Assembly (NCBI GenBank): GCA_964106915.2
Contig: OZ066925.1
Source of the DNA: Podarcis gaigeae
Lineage: Eukaryota
Direction: 5' to 3' (one strand)
Length of the DNA: 64,000 nt
Part shown: positions 50,801 through 64,000 of the stretch, one piece after another
How positions within the stretch are numbered: position 1 is the first letter of the stretch
How the letters are laid out: every line of letters starts with the position of its first letter
Made by a program: the position numbers and the translations under genes
Notes under the pieces: generated by a model
Seen by the model: the letters and a program-made list of their open reading frames with translations, nothing else
Told to the model about the DNA's origin: nothing
The model's database searches: none

Positions 50801-51794
50801 CCCTCTCTGCTTCTCTCCCTCCCTCCCTCCCTCCTGTCCCCCCCCCGCTTTTCCCGCCCCCTCCTCTTTTGTAGCCATCTCAAGGGAAGCAACAGATCGT
50901 CACTTTTGGTCTTCTAGCTAAAAAGCACGAGATCTAAAGTGCAACTCACGCGGGCCTCGTGGACAGTAAGGAGGACAGAAAAGACTGCTGGCCTCTGTCC
51001 GGCTCTCCTTCTTTCCTTTCTCTTTCTTCTTTTCTTCCTTCCTTCCTCGCTCTCTCTCTCGCCCTGCAGCCCTTCTCTTCCCACCCGCGCGCGCAATCAA
51101 ACTATCTTGAGCCTATTAGCCCGCTGAAGTGCCCACGGATCTCTCTCCCTCTCCCCCGCACCATCTCTTCCCTTCCACCCCCACCCCTTTAAAAGCACGT
51201 TGAGTCACTTTCATGAGATGCCGTGTAATCTCCTAATTCTGCCCAGATCTTGGCTTCTGGGAAGCGCTGCTCCGCAAGCGACGGGGTCCTTGGGAAGGGC
51301 TCCTCCGGAAGGTACTCGCCCAGCGCTGCAGGGTTTTTTTGTTTCTCTCTCTCTCCGAAGGCATGGTCGGGGAAGAATGTGCCAGGGCCAAGTCTGTACT
51401 GATTTTCATGGTGAATGGATGACATGCTCGCGTTCATGTTCGACTTCCGAAGGCGCTTAAACGCCTTCCTTTCCTACGTACTAACCTCAGAGAGCCTGGG
51501 CTGCTTCATCCTAGTTCTGCTCTAGGCATTTCACGGTCTTTTATGCTCCCTTAACAAGGCTTTTCCTTTCCATCCCCGCACACACACACCCTCCGCATCC
51601 CCGGCCTCCTCTCGCTTTGAAACCCCAGTTGCTTGATTATTATTTTTTTTGTCCATTATTACATGCAATGCTAGGACGTCTTTGGATTGCAACCCATCAG
51701 GTGAAAGCGCAGCGTGCAACCTAAGGGCAGCTGCCTACCTGAGAAACCCACAGCGAGGTTGGATGAGCCCAAGGCGCGCGCCCCTCCCCACCCT

Positions 51795-52280
51795 GAAAGG
51801 TGTTCCTCGGAAGTAAGTGCCGTTCATTGCAAGGGACTCGTGAGGAGCATTAGAATTCCAGCGCGTGAGCCGCAGCAAGAAAGAGTCTTGCGGCACCTCT
51901 AAGGCCAACGCGTTTCCACGATGGCACAAACTGGCGTGGACTGGAATCACTTGGTCAGATGCACCAAGCCAGACATATATCTGCGAGCAAGAAGTATGCA
52001 AAATTAGCAGGGATAGGAGGCGGACGAGCCAGGATTTCGGCGGGTCCGAATCTCAGCGTTAACGTTTAACTGCTTAGTGGCTCTCTACTGTATAGCACTA
52101 ACCCCAATCTGCAGAAAGAGCTCTTTTTTTAAAGCTTTGACCATAGTCGGAGGAAAGGCGGCCTTATAGAGAGGAAGACTGTATAGAGAAGTGATCAGGG
52201 CTGGACTCCCACTCCACCGATTCAGGATTTAGGCTCATGGAACTCAGTGGAGCTTACTTCCGAGGAAGCATGCAAAGAAA
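51795..52280. mobile_element. Two degenerate MITE-like copies (~51795-51860 and ~52225-52280)
   Basis: CTCGGAAGTAAGTGCCGTT and GAACTCAGTGGAGCTTACTTCCGAG. Confidence 0.55.
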
Positions 52281-55200
52281 AAAAGGCAACTGGCTGTGTT
52301 TAGAAGTAGCATCCACACCCAAGAGTAAAAGGAAACCAGGTGGAAGTGCTGGTGTTGGTGTGTGTCTGTGTGTGGAATAATCCTGCCAAGCAACAGGAAA
52401 ACCTACACCAACCATCTCCCACCCTTTCCTATGTGTACCCTCTTAATATGCTTAATTTTAGGAAGATTCGTGTTTTGGCTGGATCTGATTATAGCCAAGG
52501 CCACAGACAACTCACTATGAAATTGGTGTAAAAAGAAAACCCCCGCACACATATCATTCCAGGGGATGTCATGATCTCTTGGGGGTACCTTTTTTTTTTT
52601 AAAGGGAGGGAGAAATCCTTTTTTAAATTGCTGTTTTACCACCCACCCACCCATGCAACCTCTTTTTTTCTAATACATCAGAAGCTCAGAGTTCTACTGT
52701 ACATGCTGGAGATCCGGGGATTTGAATGTCAAGATCGATTTGTTTATTTATTGCTGAACTTATCGTAACTGACTCAATAACAAATCTAATCATGTTGGGT
52801 CCTGGGAGGGGAAAAAATCCTCATTATGTATTTTCTCTGCGTTCGATTTAACTGGACGAAGCTGCAAATATCAATAATATCTAGTAATTACTTTGTAGCG
52901 GAGTAAACTAATTTATTAACATTAATGTTTATATGCCTTTTACCTCGCCCTTTCTCTGGTTCCCTATTTTCTTTTCTCTCCCCCCCTCCCCTCTCCTTTT
53001 TCTTCTTTTTTTACAAGGGTTACCAATCACAAATCAAACGCTTTGGACATATCCCTTTAATGAACTCTTTATTTTGGATCGCTGGAATAACTTTTATGGG
53101 CCTTCAACGGTTGTGAGCTGAACTTGAAATTATTAATTAATCTCCCTCCTTGTCGCATTTGCCAAGAGAGTGGATGGAAATAAGAGATAAGCGTGTCATC
53201 AAAGGGCTAGTTACAGATTGCTTGGGTCTGTGTGGGACTATAAAACTGTTTTATTTCTTTTCTTTGGGGGGGGGGGGTAAGGTGCAGAAATATGCAACAC
53301 TGATGGTTGCCAAATTGGCCTTTTGATTTTATTTTCCCTCCGTCCCGAATAAAACAAGGTACCTGAGAGTTGTATCTAGCTTACATTTGTACCATATATA
53401 CATATGGTAGAAAATACATAATGAAGATCCCCAGCCCCAGGACCCAAACCATATATATTTATAAAAAGATTGCTTGGTTCCTTTCCCTTCCAACTGGACA
53501 AGAGTGGATTTCTGAAGGCTCCCCCCTTTTCCTCCCCAGTGATAACAAAGGCGCCACCATTGCCCAGACTCGCTCCGCCTCTCCTGCCTTAGCAAACAAC
53601 TTTCTTGCACTTGTATGGAGGGTGGGGGGCGGGTGGCTTTTACAGGCTCTCATTGAACCCGGCGCGTCTAGGAGAACCGAAAACAGTTCTAGACTGGCCT
53701 GGGGTTTTATGGCACTTTTGGCAGTCAACTTCAGCTTGTCTCTGAGCGGACATGCCAGATCCGACCGACTGAAAGCCAGGAGACAGACAACCACCTACAC
53801 GGATTTCCCCCCCTCCCCGCCTCGCTGGTTTCAATAAGTCTGCTGCAGCCTTAGGTGAAAAGGGGGCAGGTTTGGAAGCCCAAGGTTTGTTGTTCGGAAG
53901 GACTCCAGGTCCTTTGGGTGACCGAGAGTCTTGCATGTTCAAATCCTTTCAGACAAAGGGGAAATTAAGATGGGGCGGCGAGGAGGATATAGGATGAAGG
54001 AAGCCTGTCCAATTGTCTGCACCTTCAGCCATCTCCTGTCTGGCTTGGGATATTAGTGATGGGTTTTGGTTTTTCGGAAATGAATTAGATACTCGGAGAT
54101 TTGGGGGCAGTTGCATTTTTGTGCAAAGGAAGAGGTGGCGGTGTGTGTGGTGGAGGAGGGGTGGGGGACACACACTATGCATTGACTCCTGGCAACCGCT
54201 TACATTTGTGAAGCCATTAAAGGCTATTATGCAAAGGGACAAGACTTAAGGGTGCCGCTAGTCTCAGAATTAGTAGGCACCCAAGGCACACTTATCTCTG
54301 CTTTATTTGCTGCTAAGTGATAGGCCGCTAATGTGTGCCTCCAACTCCTCCAAATGGGCCCTCAGTTATGGTGAGCCTGCTGTTAAGGTGGCTATTTTGG
54401 GGGCTTATTTGTTTGCTCTCCTTTCTTTTAAAAGCTCCCCCCCCCCTTGAAATGCAATATCCGCGACTTCCTCTGCTGAGATTCGGTAGGAGGAGGGAAA
54501 AGGAGCTGAGGATCATCCCCTGAGCCTGCGCCATCCCCACAATTCACCTTGTGCGAAAGCCACGTAGATACCACGGAGGTGTTTAGTTTGGGGTTAGAAA
54601 CCGAGGGTCTCGATTTAAGGATTTAAGGATTCAGTGCACGTAAGTGGGGGAAATAGGAAAACACATGCCTCCACTAAACGAGGAAGAACGGTTTCCATTC
54701 CGGAAGATTATAGGCTTTCTCTTCGTCGTTGTAACGAGCACAAGAAGAAAGATTCGAAATGCTCCCTTTGTTCTCTAAAGACCTCGCTTTATTATATGTT
54801 AAATGCCTCTTCGCTTTCTTACCTATAAATTGTCTAGTATGGTTATATGCCAGGCGCCCGACGCTCAGATGTACACGATATTATAGAGAATGGTTGCTTC
54901 TTTATGGGTATATATTTGGCAGATGTTTGTGAAAATTCGCTTATCACGTCTTTTCTTAATGTATAATGTGTTTTGCCATTGGGCCCTTGCTGCAGAATTT
55001 TATTTTATTTTCAACTGATCTCCTTCAGTTCAGATGCACGGCGGTACATGTCGCTGAACTTAAATGGGGTTTAGGTCTGCGGCATTTGTCATGTTACTAT
55101 GGGTATATGCCCTCTATTAGCTAGGTAGGTTGCATATGGCACCTAAATGGACAATCAGGAGAGATGCTAATGTGGGGTTATCGATGCTGCAAGTGACTCC

Positions 55201-58200
55201 TGGCTTTTAATTTTCCATTACTTAAAACAAAAGCAGCTATGTAAAAGAAGTTTCACTGCTGTAAAACCATTTATAAACTATGCTTGTAAATTTATTCTGT
55301 CCCATTGGCCAATATTTTCCCTCTATTTGCTGTTCTTCTTAAATGCACACTTGCTGTTACAGAAATGGCCTACAAATACATAAATAAATTCACAGGGCAT
55401 GAACCAGATAAAATTAAGCATTTTCATTCTCCCTTATTTCAATGGTGAGAGATTTTCTCCTGTTTTCTGCTACTGAACTCGGTGGGGTTTAGAATCACTT
55501 GTACACTGGATCATGTCCCTGGAAGCAATTATTAGGAATATTGTATAATGAAATGTTTAAAACAGTAGCTTCGGTTGTATTTCCCTAACAGTGAATGGAT
55601 ATTAACAAAATACAGATTGTGGAATAAGGTGCTGGTTTTTCTCGCAATTTGCTCTAGAGATACTGGTGTCAGTATTTACCTTAAAAATTAAAGCAAATAA
55701 ATGCATTTGAAAATGTATTTCTGTTGCCTGATGAGATGGCGCTAACTGATTCCGACCCTATACATATTTGATTAGAAATAAAGTATGGGCCCGATCCTAT
55801 CTAAAACTGGAAGTGTTTCTTTGACATCGTAAATCATGGCTAGGTTAAAGTTAAGGGTTTTTAGTTGCCATTAGTTTAAGCAAGAAAGATTGACTTTCCT
55901 GATTAAGATTATTACAACCCGCCTAAGTTACTTTTCCTATCTTAAACTGCGTTTGCTTCCATGCAAGCCCCATCGCTTTCCACGAAATCTGCTTCCAAGT
56001 AAGTACCCTTGGAGCTATGAACAGACTGTTACATGTGCTTTCAAGATACGAATATACCGCTTACAGACGGCAATCGTAGATGTGAATTTTCTGTATGCCT
56101 TTCGTCCACCTCAGTGCAGCGTTTGTTTCATTATAGCACTCAGCAACAGCTTCTGTGATAGTCAGGGTGACTGTACTGTACGCTCCATAGCGTTGCATAA
56201 GCATTTGCAAATAAAACTGAGGTATTCCTTTAGATGTTGCAGTCAGTGTTTCTGTAACTGACTGGCCGGAGAAGGAGCTACATATTCATGCTCTTGTGCT
56301 TTGCGTGTGCATTCTGGCGTGTACATTTCTTTGACCACTCTCCTTTCCCCACTAAATGAAAATATGGGCAGCCCACACAATTACAGGATTCCCAAGTCTT
56401 CTTTTGAGTCCCAATACATAAAGCGCCCAGATGCAAGGTTCTCAAGGTGTTTAGAGCAGCTAACTTGGCTTGAGAAGTAAAAGCAGGAGCGTGAGGGGTG
56501 GAAAGGTCTGCACGTTCCTTAATGGACAAAACACACCCGGTTCATATCCGCGAAATCCCTAACAAATCAGCCATTGCAGAACGTAATAAGCATCAGCCGG
56601 TTAAACCACAGCACTGTAGCGCCTACCAAGGAATTTATATTTCTAGCATTTTTTCCGTCAAGGTTGCCTCTGGATCTGCCCCAGCAGATCTGCTGCTTCA
56701 AGAGAGTAAAACACACGGACACCGCTCTTGTAAATTTCAAATACATAATACCCTCTGACATCCTAATGAGAAGTCCAGCCACGGATTCTGAACCTGGTGG
56801 TTTTTCCTAAAGACCGTGAGGTCAATGTCTGGTCTGCAAAGGAGACCATTCCCGTTTATAAACAACCAAAACAACCGCAGGACAACATTTCAAGTTTGAC
56901 ATATTTAGACGTATTGTCACAGGTGATGCCTTGAACTTGACCTTAAGTTTGTTAATCAACAAAATCCACAAAAATAAAACATTTTAATGCAATGATCGTG
57001 CTCTGTTTCATTCTTTACTTAATGGATGAAAAACCGTTCAATTTCTTTCATTTCTCTATTCCCAACATTGAAAATTTATTTCTTGTTCAAGACTGTATAT
57101 TTGAGCAATCATTTTTTTATTTCATTATACCTGTTGTACCTTCAGTGATTTCACTAATATTGTTCTTTGGATACCGAAAAATAATTTGATAAAGGGTTAT
57201 TATTTGAATCACCTGTTAGGTACAATAACTACAATAACATATATGCTTTTTTAACTCCCCACATGGGAGGTAAAATATATGCTTTTAAACAACTATAGAA
57301 TTAGTACGACCTATTATAACAACATTTTGTTCCAATAAGAAAACGTTTATTATTTTCCCTAAATCACCAAGTGACGACACAAAGCTTCTCATTATTCTGT
57401 GCTGCAAACTCACTGTAAAAGCCATTCTTGATGATCGCCATATTCACCTAACATACAATATTTCTCGTCTCCAGAGTTTATCGGTAGCTTCAGAATACGA
57501 ACTTCAGATTTTTGAAGGCCTTCAAACAAACAAATTGCCTGCGTTTTTGCAATGCTACTCTGCAATACTGGACAAAAATGCAAACCACGGACCATTTAAG
57601 CTGTAGTAGAAGGGAATAAGACAACTGTATTCTCATTGGGCCTCGTCGTCCCGCAATCCTAGGAGCTTTGACTTGAGACTAAGGTTCCATTCATCTCACT
57701 ATAACTGGTTAAGATAGGAGTGACTATCATTTTCGCATCACACTGATTAAATATACATTCGCTGCTCACAGAATACTATTATTATAGGAAGGGGCAGAAG
57801 GGAGGAGCATTTATTTCCCGAAGAACCAAAGCAAAGCTGCGTGACTGCGAATATTTAGTATGGCCGACAAGTCCATTTCTGCACCATTTGCATCGTCTTC
57901 ACCAGAAAGGAGCATTAACATATTGATAACCGGATTTAAAATAGGGATCCGGGGAATGGGAAGGAATCTTAACCCCACTGCGGGGTGGGGTGGGGGGTTA
58001 TAGGATACGCTTTTCCCACGGGGGTCAAGCAAGGATGATAGTGAATGGAGGGGTCTACTGGGGGGGCCTCTTGTCCCACTCTGGCCCCGCCTATGCTCTT
58101 CTGCATCGTTTGCATCAAGACTGCCTTAGAAATGCCCCGAAAAATAATAATAGCCAGAATAAACTCGTTCGCATGAGCTGCAGGGCCGGAGAAAATAGTT

Positions 58201-58240
58201 ATAGCCCTTTAGCTGCATTGAGGTTGAACTGTATCTGTAG

Positions 58241-58242
<2 letters not shown>

Positions 58243-58280
<38 letters not shown>
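58243..58280. repeat. (CA)n microsatellite
   Basis: Direct inspection. Confidence 0.95.
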
Positions 58281-58282
<2 letters not shown>

Positions 58283-60367
58283 ACTTTGGTATTATTTGCA
58301 TCAATAATGAGAGAGTGGGCGGGAACAATAACAAGCAGAATAAATAGGTTAACAATAAGAGCGAGTATTAATTACTCTGTAGTGCTCTGGGTTTGAATTG
58401 GATTGATAATCCTGTCTTTGCATCAGCAACGAGCGGAAAAATAGCAGCCAGGAGAAATTGGCTAAAAATACACACGGAGGGGCAGCGCCCTCATCTAACA
58501 TTTCCTCATTCTCGTCCCTATCTCCACACAGCTGTCCACCCTAGTGGGTCTCCTTGTTGCGGTAAACCTTATTTATATTTAGTCACACGCAAACCATTAA
58601 CTATAGACCAGGGGAAAAACCAAGGCGTCTTCGATTGCCATCTAAATCTTCCCTGAGACATCCCTCGTCAAAGTCCAGGGTCGGATAAAAAAGGCTTTTA
58701 AACCACGAGGTACCCCCACGAGGATATTTCTGATGTTCCAAATATTCAAAATGGAAGGCGGCTTAAGCAGAACTATAGACAGCGGGTCTGTTCCCTGTTG
58801 TGCCTGGGAATGCTGTCCCAAAGATAAATAATTGTAATAAAAGCTGTATTAATAAATTCATGCACACATTACGAAAGCTTCCTATTTGACGGCAAATAGA
58901 TTTTGGGGCGGCGTGGGGAGAGGGAGGTGGGACTTCCAGAAATTGCACCTCGAATTGTGGCGTGAATAAAATTGCAGGCGAATGTTACTTCCCTCTTTCC
59001 AGATAATAAACACTTCGTTATGCTATAAATGGTTTTTTTTTTTTGGGGGGGGAGATGGCAAGGAGGGGGGCGGTTAGTAAAAAGAAATATGTTGGTGCTT
59101 TTTCAAATATTATCTATATCTAATCTATATTCATCGATAGACAGATAGATATGAAACGTCAAAGCGGAGGGGTGGTGAAAAAATAACGGCTTTGGGGTGA
59201 AGGTGTGGGAATAACACTGCAATACATCCCACAAAAGGAAAGACAGAAACTCATAGAAAGACAATTTAGACGACACCGATCGCAGGCACGCATTCAGCAG
59301 CGGCACCAGAAATTTTATGAATACATACATATTCATATTCACATGGCATTGTCACGGGCGTGGAGATTATCAGAATAATCTTACCCCATTCTCCAAGATC
59401 CAATCTACCGGCGCAAAACATCAAAGAGGAACTGGACAAGCAGGTTTCGGATCTCGCCTCTAAAGCTCCAGATCAACTCGGATTTTAAGGGAGGGGGGAG
59501 ACCGGGAGAGCCGGTATGGTAATAAAGCTGGATTGAGGACGGCTGATCTAGACCCCCTCCGGGTTTTGAATCATCCGACGATCGGGAAGCAGAGCCCTTA
59601 AGGTTCGTCTGCTTCTCCTCGTTACGAACTTGAGCCAGAACATGCGCCCAACATCTCACGTTGACTTCTCCTCCTCTCAAATCCCGCTGCTTAAAGTTCC
59701 GATGGAGATGATCAGGCCAACGAAAGTGAGGGAACGAGACTCAAGGGCGGTAGAATCCCATACGTGTCCTCCCCCCACTAGTCCCACCAGAGGGAAAGTC
59801 CAAATGTTTTTGATGGCGGGACACCCTGACGTTCCCTCCCCAATTCACCATGGGTCACCGTACAGTAATGACCGTGGTTTGTGCGTTGTAGGACTTGACC
59901 TTTACTACGTCGAAGAGGGGCTCTTTCTTTCACGCTGCATGAGGAGATGAGGGAGGGAGGGAGGGAGGGAGAGAGAGGGGGCGGAGGAAAAGATGCGCTC
60001 TTCGGGGATCTTTAATCGGAAATCAGAAGTAAGAGCGGCAAAAGCCACGGGCTTTTTCCTGCACGCCATATTTGGTCTATTTCGCCAGCGAAAGACAGCC
60101 AGGAACGTTTCCTCCCCGGAGCTTGGAGTTTAAGAATCAAACATAGGCAACGCAGGAATAGGGTGTGTGTGTGTGTGGAAATATCCGGGAAAGACTTCTG
60201 CTTCGCTACAAAACTAAAACGAAACGAAATCTATCCTCGTCAATAGATTAGAAACATCCACTTTCATTATTGACGCGCCTTTCCCCTCCCCCCCGCCCCC
60301 ACCTATCATAAAACAACCAGTGGGGTCTTTGGGAGGGAGGGAAGGAGGGAGAGAATCCAGGAGCAAA

Positions 60368-60404
<37 letters not shown>

Positions 60405-61997
60405 GGCGAGGGGAGGGTGTTAAAGAGATAGCGACACAATTTATCTCGGACTTTCACAGATCGCTCGAGCTCCATTCAAATCTGCGGGACAATCTTTCAG
60501 TACCGCAGAATGAGCGGCTAGAAACTATTATCCACGATTCTGCTTTTCCCCTGTGCCTAAGAGCCTCTCCCCCTTCCCGCGCTGCCCAGGAAGCCCGTGT
60601 TTTCCATTTCTCCGGATCCAACCAACTCAGGTCTCTTTAGGTCTTCCTCACGTTAAAAAAATAGTTACTCGTCTCCATTTGCAGAGGGATTTAGATACTG
60701 AAACGTATTTCAGTTAACACACACTGATGCCTTTTTAAAAACCAAATATTTTAAAACACCCACTGACATTATCTTTCATTTACAGTTGGGCCCTAAAACA
60801 GTTCCCCATATATATATTTCTAGAAATCTAAGTCTTTTCCTGGATAGCACAAGCTATTTATATCCCAATCTTTGCAATCTGAAGCACTAGGTGTTTTGAA
60901 ACGGAAGTATGTTCGAGGGGAAAAATGGCCTAAGTTATGGACTCGCAGTATTACTTTAATTCTGATTAGGAAACACACTGCTGTCAAATTTTATTTCCTG
61001 TTGAGAAAAACACATTTGTTGCTGCCAGCAGTTTGAGAGGTTAGAATGCGGATTATATTCTGAAGTCCTATATATATTCCTTCTACTTTAGGTGATTATG
61101 TAGAGCTTGCAGTTGAACGTGATGCACCTCTAACTTTCCCAGGATTGGCACCATCTGAGTTTACAGTTAATCTTACTTTGTCGTTCCCTACCGCCATTAA
61201 AAGTCAATATGCATAAACGCTAATCGTTTCCCCACATTACTGTATTTCCTAGTTAGGGACAAAGTTTAATACCCAAGGTGGTTAGGAATGTTTCCGTTTT
61301 AGAGGAAGAAGAAAAGGGGTGGGTAGGTGTGGAGCGCAGTATATACTCACAGGCACACCCCCCCCCCATGCAAAACGCAACGATTTAGGAAGTGAAGTTT
61401 CTTAAAACTAGATTGGTGCGCTAAACACGTTTGCTTTGAGAAGTAACGGAGATTTTCTTATTGAAATTAATACAAAAACAACAACAAAGAAACTATCCTG
61501 GTGTTTCTATGGCAGAATGAAACAGGACAAGTGGAAGGGTCCACGTTAGCGCCAGGCTCGTTGGAAAGGCACGAATGCTGCGTTGGAACTCGCGGCGAAC
61601 TCCAGGCAGGCATTCTCGTAGTGGCGGATGCATTTCATTAGTGATAGATGTTCTTATAAAGCAGATATTACGCATATATTTCAGAACGAAGGCGGCAGAT
61701 GGGGAGAGGGGGGAAAATGTGACCCAACAGCAATTTGTAACCTGGAAATATATGTGCCAACAGTTTAGGGGTAAATGAAGGCCATAAATAACAGGCACCA
61801 CACCCTACCGGAACATCTAGGCATTCCTATTACTGAAGCAAAAGAGAATGAATGAGGGGATTTAATGGATGCAAAACCAATAAGAAAATGGAAGTTCATT
61901 CTTCAAGCACAGTTTATCAAGCGGCCTGGTCTCTCCAATCTTGATACAATATAATGGGACATTGCATCTCAGGCTGAAATCGTATCTACGCTAAGTG

Positions 61998-62291
61998 TTA
62001 GCTCCGTTGAACGCAGTGGGGTTTACTTCCGAGTACACACATACATTTATAAATAAACGTGTTGCGGGTCTCATTGTAATCCAGTATACGATCATTGATT
62101 GTGAGGACAAGGCAGAGCAAGGTGGGATTGTTATTAGGCTTGAGCTGGACCCAGTCCACTGAACCTACAGTAGCAGGATTTAGCCCCATTTCCCACCTAA
62201 GGCTGAGATCCTAAAAAACAGTGACCGGGGAGTCATATCTCTTGCAAGCATTTGGAATTACTCCCAAGTCAATGTTTTTAGAGCCACGGTG
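61998..62291. mobile_element. MITE-like copies (~61998-62050; 62201-62291 flanked by TAA on both sides)
   Basis: GTTGAACGCAGTGGGGTTTACTTCCGAGTA; TAA-GGCTGAGATCCTA...TTACTCCCAAGT...-TAA. Confidence 0.55.
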
Positions 62292-64000
62292 TAAATCTGA
62301 GTAAGTCTAAGCAGCCTATTTAAATGGGCGGTGGATTTGTGCAAAACGAACCATTTCCCCTTGGCCTGAATTTCATGGTATGTCTGAGAAATCGCTGGAG
62401 ATTATACACATCAGAATATGATTTCCTTAACAAATACGCGCGTGAAATGTTAAGTTGAAGCACTAATAAAACCTAGCCCTGAAATCGGAAGCTTCTTGAG
62501 CTATTTTAATCAAGCGAGAAACCCGGGGAAGTTCATGGAAGAACACCAGAATCCTAAATATTTCATATGGAAATTAAGCACGTTTGGAATAACAGAATTT
62601 GCTCCTTAACAAACAATTTTAGGATCGGGGTGTGTAAATCTGCTAATATCCCATATATGCGTTTTAGGAGGCTCAGAATTTAAACTATATTGCGACAAGT
62701 TATTCCGAGGAACTTAAATTTCGAAATTCAGGGTCCGCATCCGAAGGGTTCTGATTTGTTATCGTGACCTTTTGTAGAGAATTCACCATGCACCGCACAG
62801 CCTGCGTCCGATTTTATTCCCCTGCATTTCTCAGGGATGAGGTTGACAATGACCGCAGCCGAGAAGAGGAGAAAATATCACATGGGCTGCGTTTCCTTAA
62901 AAAAAAAAAGTCATTTTGCGAGATGAGGCAGAAAAGGATAACAAACCCTCTTTATTTGCCCATGGCTGAATTTCCAGGGTGTCGCAGACTCGCAGTCAAA
63001 CTGAGAAAACGTGATGACCAGAGACCAGCTGGCTGACTGAGCTTCTTACGCATTTTACTTCCCATGGAGGCATTTTGCAATGGCTTCCCAACGGGCCCAG
63101 GAGCGGACAAGCCTTCTTGGGATTGTTAGTTGGGGCGCGGGAGGGAAGAACAATACTTAGTTGGATGCAAATACCCTTTTGGCACGCAATTGCTCATGCT
63201 GCAGCTACTACTACTACTACTGCCATTCCCAATATTACTGCAACATTTGTCTATATTTAGAATTAAGGCCGAAGGAGTCCTGGTTTGGGACTAGAAATGC
63301 ACACGGATATCTTTAAAAATAATTTTAAAAATACTCAGCCTGCAATTAACAGGAATGCCGTGCTTTCAAAACAGGAGAACTCATTTTCAGTCTGCACTCG
63401 TCTTGGTTAATCAGAGGAGATTTCACACGAAGTAGATGTAAAAAGAGGTTTTGTCTCACTCCATCCCTCTTGCTGATATTTTTAAGAAAACTGGAGTTAC
63501 CTCTGTGTGTAGGTGCCAACCTACAATGGGAATGTTTAGAGTATACGATGGCTCCTGCTTGGGTGCAGAATTGGAAGGATTTTTACTGTTGTGGTTGCTT
63601 CAGTTATATATATCGCTCTCTGTGTATATCACATTAAAGAGCATTGCATTTATTGGTTTAACGTGGCATGGGTAAACTTTAAAAGCAAAGTGCCAAAGTA
63701 TGTAGCAGATGGATTCTCAACTCAGTTATCTCCAACGAGGTCGTGTAGCACTCCCACTGAACTCCTAAGGATTAAATCTGGGTTCCTTGTCTTGATTTGG
63801 AAGACGATATTGGTTATATAGTTGTTAAGAATGTACTCAGACGTGCACGACTGCACCTCTTGAGTATATCCACAGGCACAGCTTTATGCATATTTTGGCA
63901 TTTTCGTTCCATACAATGCACATATATTCCCATACCTGAAATAAGTGTTTTGAATAATAGTTTGTGCATTTCCATACATGATATACAAGCTGCATTAACA

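Noticed and set aside
57000-64000. HoxA13 3'UTR or exon
   Set aside because: No homeobox coding sequence; AU-rich stretches cannot be assigned without alignment

Overview
This window is the central-to-posterior part of a vertebrate HoxA cluster, with all genes on the minus strand: HoxA5 (5' end only), HoxA6, HoxA7, HoxA9, miR-196, HoxA10 and HoxA11. There is no HoxA8, and HoxA13 coding sequence is not reached. All five complete genes splice into intact reading frames through phase-1 GT-AG introns. The source is probably a squamate reptile (inference from expanded homopolymer tracts in the proteins, many microsatellites, and more than 10 copies of a ~90-bp palindromic MITE-like element inside the cluster). 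Main observations beyond the gene models: (1) every complete gene has upstream AUGs, and the HoxA7 leader carries a chain uORF1 -TAATG- uORF2 -ATGA- CDS of overlapping stop/start codons; (2) an exact 173-nt Hoxa9T exitron; (3) a distal HoxA10 first exon whose 'MCQG' start reads 'ICKG' with no ATG; (4) an N>S change in the Hox10 NWLTAKSG motif and HoxB6-like residues in the HoxA6 homeodomain; (5) five miR-196 seed sites behind HoxA7; (6) co-oriented CTCF motifs, NR6A1/GCNF-type DR0 motifs and a 173-bp-period tandem duplication. There are three assembly gaps. Comparisons with human or mouse are from memory and need alignment to confirm.
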